DNA of 61,036 nucleotides, filler included. It is 8 parts of 8 records of this genome, joined end to end, with 100 filler letters (N's around TTAATTAATTAA, not from the genome) between each part and the next. Parts side by side here need not be neighbours in the genome. Positions count along the whole stretch, not along the records: positions 43,791 to 54,745 come from SRR15195285_1799; positions 54,846 to 61,036 come from SRR15195285_1805; 6 more parts are not named here. One strand, written 5' to 3'. The position numbers were made by a program, and so were the translations under genes. Positions within the stretch are counted from its first letter, which is position 1. Every line of letters begins with the position of its first letter. The notes beneath the pieces were generated by a model. The model searched no databases. It had not been told where the DNA came from and worked only from the letters and a program-made list of their open reading frames with translations. Positions 50,701 through 61,036 of the stretch are shown one piece after another.

Positions 50701-53388
50701 GACGAGCAGATCGATAGGTGCAACGTGCCAGTTGACGACGGTTACGTTCCAGTTTTGTGCTGGCAGCTTGTAGCACTGCCCTTGGTTGTTGCACTGTATT
50801 TTGAAAGGACGGGCCAGTCAGCCAGTCAGATTTCTCAGAGCGTCACTCAAAGTAGCACTATCCCAACGAGCATTGTCGCTCTGGGTTGTGGTGTATTTGT
50901 GCTCATCATTGCGGACCGTGCGGTATACATGGTGGAGTCGAGCAGGTGCAAACGGTTGATGCTGTGGGTCTCAATGGTGGCCTACTGTGCTTTCTGGATC
51001 ACCAGCGACTCTAGAATTGATGCTCAGTCAGACTCAGCAGAAGCTCAGAGCTGGTCAGTGTGGCTGATGATTGCGTGCTCCATGTATTTCTACAAGTCGG
51101 CAATCCAGCTGGAGAGAGAACTCAAACGCAACCCTGAGCGACGATTCACTCGATACGAGAAGGTTCCAGGCGACAAAAACACGTGGGTTCATACGTTCCG
51201 CGGACCTATTCGCAAAGCACCATTTCTGATGGAATTGGTTTATTTGGTGAGCTGGCTGCTTCGAGCGTAGATCTGAGCTCTGTGCGAGACGTGGATTTGA
51301 CACTTGGTGCGTTGGTCTGCAGATTGATTGGCTATGCACACGAACGGCGCTTTCACTTGCGTGCTACATCAGAGTTGAAGAAATATACACTAACCTGTGA
51401 GTCGCACAAATCAGTTTGCTCGCATGCAGGCTGTTCTCACAACTTGCGCCTTTCTTGCTATAGATACGAAAAGCAAGAGCAAATGGAAAAGGAACAGAAA
51501 GCAGAAGAAGAGAAACATAGCCAAGCTGTTGCTGATGATCAAAATACACGAGATGCGAAGCCTTTCGAGCAGGCGTGGAAAGCATCGCCACAGAACGAGA
51601 GATGCAGATGGTGCTGCGGCCTTGTGTGTCTAGTCATCGTTCTCTGGGGCCCTCTCTTTGCCTACTCCAGCTCGGACATCCTAGGACAGCGCAAGTCGGC
51701 GCGCGTCGAAGGAGTCCACGTTCAGCTTGATGTGCGTGCGCTTGCCGGAGACTGCAACAGACCGGACCCAGACGGCTGCACAGTAGACACGTATACTTTG
51801 TGGTCCACAAACTCGGCAAAGCTACGAGGGATTACCACTGCAGCAGACATGTATGGTCCCTTCCAATCAAACGTCGAACAGTCAAATCGTGCAACCAACC
51901 GCATTCAACAGCAGCTAGAGGAGACGTACAAGTGAGCCAGTATTGCACTCTGAACAGTCTAACAAATGTGCGAAACTCTGACGGTCGATCACACGCAGGT
52001 ATGACCAATTGCAACTCTTGATGATTGGCATCAACAACGCGTCGTCAGGATGGTCGATAACATCACACGCGCGTTCGGAGCTCCTTAATGCACTCAAAAA
52101 GCCGCACTGCGAAGAAGGGCACGCAAAGGAAGGATGCACGAGTACGTTGCGCTATAATCTGAGCGTACAACCAATGTCAAGTGTTGTGAATCTGCCATTG
52201 AAATTGTTGCAGGTCTGAGCAGCAGGCTGTCGTACACGTTCTCCCGAACCAATACTTCAAAGCAAGAAGATATTTCTGGACACACAGGATGGCAAGTGGT
52301 GCAACGTGGTCGTAAAAAAAGTCTGCATAGTCTAGTACAACAGATTAGTGACGGTTACACCGGGAGGATTGCGTCAGTCAAGTCCATTGTCGACTACCCA
52401 CTATATCTAGGACTTCCAGCCACGGGGGATGTGCGCCCCGACATTGTACGCTCAGACATTGCGGGTATATCTCTTACAAAGGCGGTTGAGCTGAGCTGGA
52501 ACTACGCTGGACTATCGACGATCTGTGATGGCAACCACGCAGCAGCCCCACCACACGGTCCGATCTGTATGGCCGAAGAGATGGTGCGGAATGCTTCCCT
52601 AGGCGCTGACTTAGGTTGGTTTACCCTGAGAAGCTCTTGCCCCATCGACAACACCAACTTCGAAGGGCTGTGTTTCATACTGGCCAATGACAAGATCGCC
52701 GCCGCTGATAATGAGATCGCAAACACACTGCTTGCTTCAGCCGACAAACGTAGGTCTTAGGCATTGCTGCAGTCAGTTGGCACTCAGCAGTGACCATTGA
52801 ACGCAAGCAAACGCTAACTACGTTGCTCAACGTTATGCGTGTACATGTATCATTTCAGTCGGACTGGTTGGATTCTACACTATTGCTGTGCTTTGGATCG
52901 GGAATTACATTCGGCAGCTGGTCGATGGAGAGTTTGAAGATGCAACCCAACATCGCATGTAAGACCAATGATGTGTTGAGTGCGCTGTGCTGCTTTCGCA
53001 TTGCTCTATGCCCTTAGACATCACGATCGTGCGTTGGCGTGTGTGCATGTTCTACGACCTTAGACATCACGACCTAAATTGTGCGAGGAGGTTGATGGAA
53101 GTCTGCAAAGACCTGGTAGCTGCAAGATCAGCTCCTCTCTACGACTTTGAAGAAGAGCTGAGGATCTATAGGACACATCTGGCGTCGGGAAAACGCGTCT
53201 GGAATATCGCTCAAACCATGGAGCAGCAAGCCACTACGCCAGGGACGCCCGAGCTCGACTCTGGTCCCGCTCCTTTGCTGCCTGAACAAAAATCGCCGGA
53301 TTTTGGGCCTGGCTTTGGCGAACTCGGCGAAAGTGTGGAGGTTGAGGTGGATGTAGAGCACCCTCAACAACCACTTGGCGAAGAATGA
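44743..53388 (+). CDS. PIEZO: Piezo-type mechanosensitive ion channel, multi-exon
   Basis: Many TM repeats with Piezo hallmarks: DLVSGMYL, RYAVYLGRPP, LLNDFAILL, WDVALLLVLLLHRQRL...GEW, IIADRAVYM, YFYKSAIQL, APFLMEL...|IDWLCTRTALSL..YIRVEEIY (anchor), VIVLWGPLFAYS (outer helix), cap domain, GLVGFYTIAVLWIGNYIR (inner helix), RLMEVCKDLVAAR...FEEEL (CTD). Confidence 0.9.
50371..50717 (+). mobile_element. HUH (rolling-circle Rep-like) endonuclease domain embedded in frame in the Piezo-like gene
   Basis: Hydrophilic 115-aa block MYAYAVIDFH...LIVLDKGKKEHWHVHG (50488-50505)...DEKGLQYICKKD (Tyr at 50650-50652); motif order and spacing fit HUH Y1 endonucleases. Confidence 0.7.
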
Positions 53389-53774
53389 ATGCTCACGATG
53401 GGTGGCGTTTGGGAGCCCACGGCGCGGAGGGCTGATAGCTGCTGGATTACTGCATTTGGCAGGGGAATTCTCATTTCCATCACGTCACACTAGTCGAGAG
53501 ATTAGTGTGACGTCAAGCCGGTAGAAAAGAAGGACGATCAGAAGAGCCCTTCATCATGAAAGAAACGCTGAGAAGAACGCTTCGCTAGCAGAAGGAAGAA
53601 CGCTTCGTCTTGGCCGTAGTGATCGAAAGTTGTGGTCGGCATTGACTGTAGATGCCTCAGATGCATTGTTTCGTCTGACACACAAGAGCATTAACGTACT
53701 GGCGTCACACACACAGAGACTCTTGAAGATCATCATTATACGAACTTCCAGGTTCCTTTGGCATAATGACCCCC

Positions 53775-54574
53775 TCATTTTGCTTCCTCTTCTTGTGCAT
53801 ACCACCCGGCCACCGCATCGAGTGCCATAAATCTAGCAACATACTCCTGCATGCCAATGACGTAGAAAATGAATTTTTCAGAACGAATTGCAGCAACAGC
53901 TTCGCTCAGCTACGAGTGAGGCGACGCCGGTCACGACGTATAGTACGTACTCTGACAGAGGGGAAAGGCTCAAGACAGTCCGTCGGCACGTGATCCACGC
54001 CGCCAGAGGTGAAACGGTTCAATACTGGAACCAGTGCGCAGTCGGCGATGGTAGGCGCTCTACCAATCAGGAATCCGTCGCCACCACCACGCTCTAGCTT
54101 CGTGGCGATGAAGCTCATATACTTTGGGAACGAGGACGCCATGAAGTCCTCGCGCATCCTCTGGACAATTGTGCTGTGCTCCTCGCTGCCCTTCTCAACC
54201 GTGTGGCCGTACACGCTGGGATCGAGGGCGATGCCGACCGGTGGTCGCCAGTCGCGTTGGAGGTCGCCGACGAGCCCGAGTGCCTCTTCGATTGCCAGCA
54301 TGTCCTCCACACGGTAGAGCGGGACGGCTTGCACACTCGTAGCCAGCGTACCGGCGTAGCGCAGCATGGCGTCGCTCTGGGCCATGGGCTCTCCACCGTC
54401 GATTGAGAGTAGCGGGAGCTGGCCGTACGGAGTCTCCGGCTTCAGTGCGGGCCACTCCGGGAACGGCACGCGGTGGTCATCAAATGGAATTTTACCCAGG
54501 ACCAAGGCCAGCCGCACCTTCTCGGCGGCACCCTGAATGTTGAAGTAGGTCAGCTTGAGCGCCGGCAGTGCCAT
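53775..54574 (-). CDS. Glutathione S-transferase (sigma-like), two exons
   Basis: LKLTYFNIQGAAEKVRLAL, ETPYGQLPLL, MAQSDAMLRYAG, PTIAD; intron 53847-53950 (GTACGT...TGCAG); exon 2 EYVARFMALDAVAGWYAQEEEAK*. Confidence 0.95.
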
Positions 54575-54745
54575 CTGTCGTCGGCTCGGCGCGTCGGCTC
54601 AGCCGTCAGCGCTGCTGGAGAAAACCAGCAGCGAGCTGATGCGTGATCACGCCCGCGCGCGGGGGCGCGGGCGCGCCGTCAAGCTGGGGGACGAATACAT
54701 GTACCGGTACCGGCGTACATGGAGTCTTTTTGCTCGGCAGGGAGG

Positions 54746-54845
54746 NNNNNNNNNNNNNNNNNNNNNNNNNNNNNNNNNNNNNNNNNNNNTTAATTAATTA
54801 ANNNNNNNNNNNNNNNNNNNNNNNNNNNNNNNNNNNNNNNNNNNN
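54746..54845. other. Artificial contig spacer
   Basis: 44 N + TTAATTAATTAA + 44 N. Confidence 0.98.
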
Positions 54846-54850
54846 CGGCG

Positions 54851-57800
54851 ATGGCAGAGGTTGAAGCTGAGGAGGAGGAGATTAGAGGACAACAGGAGGG
54901 GGCAACAGCTGTTGCTGTTTCGGGTGCTGAGCAAGACAAAGTCGCTGCACAAGCAATTTCACCTCGTCCAGTTCCACCTCCGAGACCAGGCGGTGAGCCT
55001 TCTTCAAGTACTGGTGCCGATTCCGAGCCTGAGCAACCATCGAGCGAGCCTGAGCAACCATCGAGTGAGGCAAGACAGCAAATCGAGAGGCTGTACATGC
55101 GACACAATCCCGCGAAGCTTGACGAGCTTGACGAGTTGTTAGCCAAGTTTGGGGAAGCCAAACTCCTGTCAATGGTTAAGAAGAAGTACGGTGACCTAGA
55201 CCCACAGGAACGAATTGCTGAAGTCACTTACTTGCTCACAAAGAAACAAGAGGAGCTTCGAAAGGCCGTTGCAGCGGGTGGGACGCATAATATGACTAGG
55301 ATCGACCAACTGCGGGCAGAGCAGCAGGCGTTGCAGGAGGAGAAACATACCCTGGAGAACCCTTCGGCGGCTGCTGGCCCGAGAAATGATGCAGCGATTG
55401 ACACAAAGGGCATGAGTTCGGAGGAGATCACCCGACATTGCCAAAAGCTTGATCTCGAGGCTAAGGAACAAGAACAGGCACTGCACACTGCATGCTCAGA
55501 AGAGATGCGCGAGATCAATGCTGAAATGGTTGAGGCGAAGAAAGAGTTGCAGACGTACGTTGCAACCCACGGCACTGCTGACATGTCTGGGACTTTACCG
55601 TTGACGGAACGAATTCAACAACTTGAGTCTCTGCGGGCAGACCGCCAGCGGGAGACGAACAAGCAAACCAGCAAAATTCAAGCCGACCTCGAGCGGAAGA
55701 AAATGCTGTTAAGAGGAGGGCCGGCTGTAGGCGTGTCAGCGCACGGACAGGGGACAGGTGGACGCCGCGCGTCCATCTCAGAACGCATGCTAGGTAGTCT
55801 CGGTCTTGGTCCAGAGGCTGCTAGTGCCTCGGGAGAGATGCCCAAGCCAACGGCACTGCGGCGTCTCTCCGTGTCCCTAAGTGGAGGCGCCCAGGCTGCG
55901 CAGCAGGAAGCAGCACACGCAGCCAAGGTTGCCGCGGAGGAAAAGCGGAAAGCAGCAGAGGCTGACCGGCAGAAAGCCGCCAAGCTGGCAGAGCAGGGAC
56001 GCAAGATTGTTGTCCGCAAAGAACTCACTGCTTTGTACAGGAAGTACTGTCCGGAAAGAGTCGGTGAGCTGGATTCATTGGTTGAAACACACGGTGCTGA
56101 TGAAGTGATGAAGATGACGCGGCAAGAGTTCCAGGACGAGATCAAGGACGAACAGGTTGATCTGATTTTTGACTTCCTTGGCGTGATTGGCACTGACGTG
56201 TCGCCAGAGGACGTGGCCCTGTCGTTCGAGAATGCTGGTTACTCTGTAGAGACTTGGGTCCAAGAGCTGAAAGACATGCACGCAAACGGTGAACTGGCAG
56301 AGTTCCTTGGCGCTATAAAACGCGGCAAGCACGATGCACCGAAAAGTGAATCGTTGCCCGACAGTACACATTCGATCGATTCCATGGACGGTACAATAAG
56401 TGACTCGTTGCCCGACTCCACACAGTCGATCGATTCTATGGATGGCACAACCGATGTCGTGCCGCTACCAGCAAGTAGTGCTGGTTCCTACGATTCGATG
56501 GACGACATCGCGGCTGAGGCCTACAGCTCTCAGATGACCAAAATTGACGACGATGAGAAGCGAGAAATGCAAGAGCTGCAAGAGCTTGAAGGTCTGAATG
56601 AAGACGCTACCGAGATCGAGGAGCCAGACACACCTACTTCGCGCGTCAATGCCTTCAGCAGTGACCAAGGATTTGTCCCAGACACAAAATACAACTGCAA
56701 GCTTGCTGGGAAGAGTGTACAGGTCATTGCAGGCGGCATGGGCCTTCAGGTGTTCTCGAAGAAAGGTACTCCTACGACGCACATTTACCAGACGCTGTTA
56801 GGGTGGACCCAAACCGACAATGGCTTCCAGATTGACACCGCAGATGGCAAAGTACTCGATTTCCAGTCTAGTGCCGAGGATGCCGAAGCGATTCTCAAGG
56901 CGATGGGCAAGCACGCCCTGAAATTGGCGAAAGCAGTGGCAGCCAACCAGCGCGATCCGCAGGAGGCCCCCAAGTCGATCAAGCTGGATTCAATGCAATC
57001 GGAAGGGAGCCATGCAACCAGCTCTTCGCCGGAGGAAGTCGTCCAACTTGATGAGCGGAAAATTCAGTGCAAACTTGGTGGAAGGAGTGTGCAGGTATTG
57101 TGCGGAGGGATGGGCTTACAAGTGTTTCCGAAGCGTGGCGCACCGACAACGTACATCTATCAGACTCTACTCGGTTGGATGGCGACTGATGAGGGCTTCG
57201 AGATAAACACGGCGGACGGCCAGAGTCTACTCTTCGAGTGCGACTCGCGTGACGAGGGCGAGGACGTGGTCCAGGATATGACAGCGGCAGCACAAGCGCT
57301 CGCGAAGGCTCAGCTGGATGCCGACCGTGCTGCTGGAGTCGACTTGAACGACACCAAGAGGCTTGAAGGCGAGCGGATGGCAAAGGCTCACATGCTAGCT
57401 CAGGCATCAAGAGGTGACACCGGTAAATCCGTCGCACCAGACAGTAGTCCTGCAGAGGTGGAGGCGGAGGCAGTGGCGACACTGCCACTCGCCGAGGAGA
57501 TGACCAAATACGATTGTAAGCTGAGCGGCAAGAGCGTCCAGGTTGCAGCCGGAGGGATGGGTTTGCAGGTCTTTGGAAAGAAGGGAGCTCCAACCACTTA
57601 CATCTATCAGACGCTCAAGGGGTGGCACTGTACTGACAAAGGAGTTGATGTAGAGACTGTTGACGGCAAGCACCTTCTATTTACCGTCACGCACGACGGT
57701 GATGCTGACAAGCTGGTTGACGAAATCACGGCTTGTGCGCGAAAGCTTGCGATGGCGCAGCGACAGGCGGACCGGGATACACAGGTGGCCGAAAGCACTG

Positions 57801-58753
57801 TGGCGCCGAAGGAAGAACGTTTGGCCCTGATGGCACAAGAGGCCGCCGCCCCAGCACCGGGAGCCGACTCGAATCAGAGCAAGCAGACGATTGTGGCGGC
57901 ACATGGCGACCCGGCGGCTATCCCTAAGGCTGCTGGCCCCAGATCTGCAATCGAACCCGCGGAGCCACGCTTACAGGACGCTGTCGCTGTCGCCGACACA
58001 GTGTCTTCCTGGAGGCAATCACTGAACCGCGGCGGCGACCTAGCAAGGCAGTGGGGACCCGATGACCGAGCATCTGCTCGCCTTCCGCGTCTTGTCGAGG
58101 AACTTGTGCTCGCATTGCCTCCCGTGGCTTTGGCTGGTTCTCGGAGCTCTCCCACGCCGCGCGTTGCGAATTTGTGTGCCGGCTCTGGGGTCGCCGCGTC
58201 TGCTGTGCTGCGCGCCTACCCGAACGTGGCCATGACACTTGTCGCCGCAGATGACGATGCTTTATTCAGCGCGATGCGCCAGGTGAGACAGCAGCTGGTA
58301 TTGCAGCAGCAGCTACAGCAGCAGATCGGGGGCTGGGGAGCAAGTGGATCGTGGCCTGTGGACGTGGCGTCAGCCGTGATGGCCATTTCTGGATCATACG
58401 AGACACCGATCGAGGGTAGTGGCGGCGGCGGGTATGACGTTATCGTTGCAGTGCAGTCGCTGCGTGAGCTTCTCTTGCCGGACCGGAGCTCGCTTGAGGA
58501 CGATGCTGACGACCCCGACGAAAGAGCAAGCGAGATGCTAGTCGGATATCGCTGGCTGTTTGCCAAAGTGCTAGCGTCACTAAGCCCGGGAGGAACGTTT
58601 CTGGTGGCTGACGAGACTGACACGCTCGGCCTGTACGGGCACATGCGCCTTATGGAAGAGACTGGCTTCGCTGAAATCGACTGCGCTTGGCGGCAGGGGA
58701 ACACTTTCGTGTGCGGCGGCACGAAGCCGCGAGACATCCAGCCGGCGGCATGA
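54851..58753 (+). CDS. Large protein (possibly 5'-truncated): coiled coils, two small helical LY..(H/Y).P repeats, three PH/PTB-like repeats, C-terminal class I SAM-dependent methyltransferase-like domain
   Basis: Uninterrupted 1300-codon ORF; 3x CKL.G(K/R)SVQV..GGMGLQVF.K.G.PTT.IYQTL.GW; MTase motifs VANLCAGSG, YDVIVAVQSL, LSPGGTFLVAD, MEETGFAEIDCAWR. Confidence 0.8.
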   Translation: MAEVEAEEEEIRGQQEGATAVAVSGAEQDKVAAQAISPRPVPPPRPGGEPSSSTGADSEPEQPSSEPEQPSSEARQQIERLYMRHNPAKLDELDELLAKFGEAKLLSMVKKKYGDLDPQERIAEVTYLLTKKQEELRKAVAAGGTHNMTRIDQLRAEQQALQEEKHTLENPSAAAGPRNDAAIDTKGMSSEEITRHCQKLDLEAKEQEQALHTACSEEMREINAEMVEAKKELQTYVATHGTADMSGTLPLTERIQQLESLRADRQRETNKQTSKIQADLERKKMLLRGGPAVGVSAHGQGTGGRRASISERMLGSLGLGPEAASASGEMPKPTALRRLSVSLSGGAQAAQQEAAHAAKVAAEEKRKAAEADRQKAAKLAEQGRKIVVRKELTALYRKYCPERVGELDSLVETHGADEVMKMTRQEFQDEIKDEQVDLIFDFLGVIGTDVSPEDVALSFENAGYSVETWVQELKDMHANGELAEFLGAIKRGKHDAPKSESLPDSTHSIDSMDGTISDSLPDSTQSIDSMDGTTDVVPLPASSAGSYDSMDDIAAEAYSSQMTKIDDDEKREMQELQELEGLNEDATEIEEPDTPTSRVNAFSSDQGFVPDTKYNCKLAGKSVQVIAGGMGLQVFSKKGTPTTHIYQTLLGWTQTDNGFQIDTADGKVLDFQSSAEDAEAILKAMGKHALKLAKAVAANQRDPQEAPKSIKLDSMQSEGSHATSSSPEEVVQLDERKIQCKLGGRSVQVLCGGMGLQVFPKRGAPTTYIYQTLLGWMATDEGFEINTADGQSLLFECDSRDEGEDVVQDMTAAAQALAKAQLDADRAAGVDLNDTKRLEGERMAKAHMLAQASRGDTGKSVAPDSSPAEVEAEAVATLPLAEEMTKYDCKLSGKSVQVAAGGMGLQVFGKKGAPTTYIYQTLKGWHCTDKGVDVETVDGKHLLFTVTHDGDADKLVDEITACARKLAMAQRQADRDTQVAESTVAPKEERLALMAQEAAAPAPGADSNQSKQTIVAAHGDPAAIPKAAGPRSAIEPAEPRLQDAVAVADTVSSWRQSLNRGGDLARQWGPDDRASARLPRLVEELVLALPPVALAGSRSSPTPRVANLCAGSGVAASAVLRAYPNVAMTLVAADDDALFSAMRQVRQQLVLQQQLQQQIGGWGASGSWPVDVASAVMAISGSYETPIEGSGGGGYDVIVAVQSLRELLLPDRSSLEDDADDPDERASEMLVGYRWLFAKVLASLSPGGTFLVADETDTLGLYGHMRLMEETGFAEIDCAWRQGNTFVCGGTKPRDIQPAA

Positions 58754-58865
58754 GTAGTCTGATCTTCGCGCCTCTGTGGTCAGTTCTGACAGGCGCAAGG
58801 GGGTTGATAAAAATGAGTTGTCTATATATGTGTCACTGGCACCACACTCGTGATTTGCCGATAGC

Positions 58866-59975
58866 CTACCCTCGCATCGCTGCTAGCATTGCGCCCGCGT
58901 CATCCGCAGAGGATGAGACGCGCGTCGTGCCGAGCTCAGGCCGCGGGGACTTGATCCCCACGCTCTTGCTGACACTTCCATCGAAGTTGACCGGCATGCC
59001 CCCCGCCTTGTTGAGGCCTCTTCCTGACTTATGCGTGTCCCCAATGCGGCTGCTCGGACGCGATGGGTCCGACGCCTGCTCGAAGACCGGCGAGTCGTTG
59101 TCACGGCTTCCATCTCCCATCGCCTCGATCAACGTCCGGGCGCGGCCCTTGGACGACAGCGAAAGCTTCGGCGTTTTCGGCGACGACTTCTTGCGCTCGC
59201 GCTCGTTGCTGCTGTCACCCTTTGGGTTCTCGCGCTTCCGCTTGCGCGTCGCCTGCAGTCCGTTCCAGTGGTTCTTGACGGCGTTGTCAGTCCTCCCCGG
59301 CAGGAGCTTGGCGATCTCTGCCCACCGGTTGCCCATCTCGTTGTGCAGACGTACCAGCTTCTGATCCTCCTCCGGCGACCAGGGGCCCTTGTTCACGTCA
59401 GGGCGCAGGTGGTTCTGCCAGCGCTCGCGGCACTGCTTGCCCACCCGGCCGGGAAGGTACGACGCGATGGCCGACCACTTGCGCGGGCCGTACTTGTTGA
59501 CGAGATCCCGCATCATGTTGTCTTCCTCGTGCGACCACGGGCGCTTCACGGCAACCTGCATAGATGGGCGCCCTCGACCAGTCAGGTATGGCGCCGGCCG
59601 GAGGCGTACACGAGAAAGGGGGAGGGGGGGGAAGGAAGAGAGAGACGGGCTGCGGGAGCTCGGGGGTAGGCGACGCACCCGCTTCTGGTTGCCGGGCGGC
59701 GCGTTCTTGTTGGTCGGACACTCCTCAAGATAGACCCGTTCCTCCGCGGGGGGCGAGACGAACGCCGGAGCCGCGGGCGCGCCCGCCGCCGGCTCCGGAT
59801 GTGCTGGCGGGTCGTCCAAGACCTCCGCGATCTCCCCCATCTCTTCCTCGTACGGCTCCTCCGCACCCACCCCTCCCGGTTTGCCCCCCATCTCAACCTC
59901 CTGCTGCTGCATCTGCTGCGCCTCCCCCGCGTTGGCCAGCTGCATCAGCGCTGCGAAGACGTCCCCCTCGCTCAT
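58866..59975 (-). CDS. R2R3-type (two-repeat) MYB transcription factor
   Basis: KRPWSHEED...[30 protein letters not shown] and KGPWSPEED...[24 protein letters not shown]; pyrimidine-rich in-frame intron 59556-59678 (GTGCGT...TGCAG). Confidence 0.95.
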   Translation of the reverse strand: MSEGDVFAALMQLANAGEAQQMQQQEVEMGGKPGGVGAEEPYEEEMGEIAEVLDDPPAHPEPAAGAPAAPAFVSPPAEERVYLEECPTNKNAPPGNQKRVRRLPPSSRSPSLSSFPPLPLSRVRLRPAPYLTGRGRPSMQVAVKRPWSHEEDNMMRDLVNKYGPRKWSAIASYLPGRVGKQCRERWQNHLRPDVNKGPWSPEEDQKLVRLHNEMGNRWAEIAKLLPGRTDNAVKNHWNGLQATRKRKRENPKGDSSNERERKKSSPKTPKLSLSSKGRARTLIEAMGDGSRDNDSPVFEQASDPSRPSSRIGDTHKSGRGLNKAGGMPVNFDGSVSKSVGIKSPRPELGTTRVSSSADDAGAMLAAMRG

Positions 59976-61036
59976 CCTCTCTACCGACCGTGTCCTTCAC
60001 CTCAAATGCACACACCGACCTTGCGGGGAGACCAAACAAACGCGATGGAAATGTTCGCGAAAGGCGTTGACAAGCCGCCGCAACCTACAACCCCATCCCT
60101 CCTCCCTCCCCTCGCCCCAACACCCCACCCTCCCCTCCTCCCCCAAGGAGAAGAACACAGTCCACCAACGTGGCTCAGTCCAAGCCACCGTGAAACGCCC
60201 TAAAACCGCCCCTAAACGACGTGGCCCGCAGGCTTTTCAAACCCCCTTTTTTTCCTCTCCGCAGTCGATTTTCGCTATGTGTTGTTTTTTAAGCCGATTC
60301 CCAGTTTGAGCAAAACTACGCTGACACTCCATCCCATCGGAAACGCGACAGCCGAGTGCTCGCAGCGAATGAGACCGCTATTTTCCGGTCCAGACCCCAA
60401 AGTTTCACCGTAACAACTACCAAGCTGCGGGATCTCGCACGAATGCCCCCAAAGCAAGTATCCCGTGGGTTTGGTGCAAAGGGGGATTTTCATGAAAATG
60501 AACAGACAGTTGATCGCCGTGTCTCAGCCGGCGGGGGCGGCTCGTCTCTTCAACTGTCGCCGTTCGCGACGGCGGTTGGAATTGCATTTTCAAGAAGTCC
60601 TCGTGCTAGAGTGTAACATTCATATATATATTTATCCAGTAGCGAGCCTCCAAGGACTAAAAAGTGCAGTTGTGCTCCCATCGCGAAGTACGCCGGTCCC
60701 GTCGGGCGTCCGGTGTCGGGCAGAGTGATGCAGTACGGTACTGTCGGGCGCCAGTGCACCGCCAGCAAGACATGCTCAGGAGCCGCTCATTATATGAATT
60801 CATATATCAAAATGTGGTACTAGTATATTGTACACGCTACACCCACGCACACTACCGTACTGTAGTGTAGGAAGGAATTCTTGCGGTTCAGCAGTCGCAC
60901 TCGCACGTCGCAGTCAGCTTCGGGCCAACAACAAGTTTTTTCTGGCCGACAAGCGCCGGTGAGAATTGCAGTGGATAATACACCCGGCTAATCCATCTCA
61001 ATCTGGAGGATTCAATCCACAGGCGGGGCCAGAACC

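Noticed and set aside
50371-50717. Autonomous Helitron or complete endogenous CRESS virus
   Set aside because: No PIF1 or SF3 helicase, capsid gene, terminal hairpin or obvious target-site duplication nearby; only the endonuclease-like domain is visible.
44704-53388. Frame breaks in Piezo suggesting a pseudogene or alternative genetic code
   Set aside because: The breaks coincide with GT-AG introns that restore conserved motifs (for example ELVYL|IDWLCT).
60180-60620. Possible ncRNA or transposon upstream of MYB
   Set aside because: No recognisable tRNA, rRNA or snRNA fold and no terminal repeats could be established by eye.

Overview
Eukaryotic, GC-rich, intron-containing protist DNA made of eight unrelated contigs joined by seven artificial 100-nt spacers (44 N + TTAATTAATTAA + 44 N). 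The contigs are 1-7951, 8052-18623, 18724-25195, 25296-31661, 31762-37184, 37285-43690, 43791-54745 and 54846-61036, so no synteny can be inferred across spacers. Genes reconstructed by eye from GT-AG introns: an Ig-like/TM/TPR/YfaP-like/EF-hand receptor-like protein, a ~2,900-aa intronless EF-hand/C2/multi-TM protein, a tandem SH3b-like protein, an ABCC (MRP) transporter, a PDZ-NACHT-HEAT NLR-like protein, an EF-hand-fused cyclic-nucleotide-binding GYG channel, a multi-EF-hand protein, a PhyH-like dioxygenase, a VPS9 GEF, an FAAH-like amidase, a Piezo-like mechanosensitive channel, a glutathione S-transferase, a PH-like-repeat/methyltransferase fusion and an R2R3-type MYB factor. The most striking observation is a ~115-aa HUH (rolling-circle Rep-like) endonuclease domain sitting in frame inside the Piezo-like gene (50371-50717), with its HUH and YxxK motifs intact; it may also be excisable as an in-frame intron. 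All domain calls come from motif recognition without database searches.
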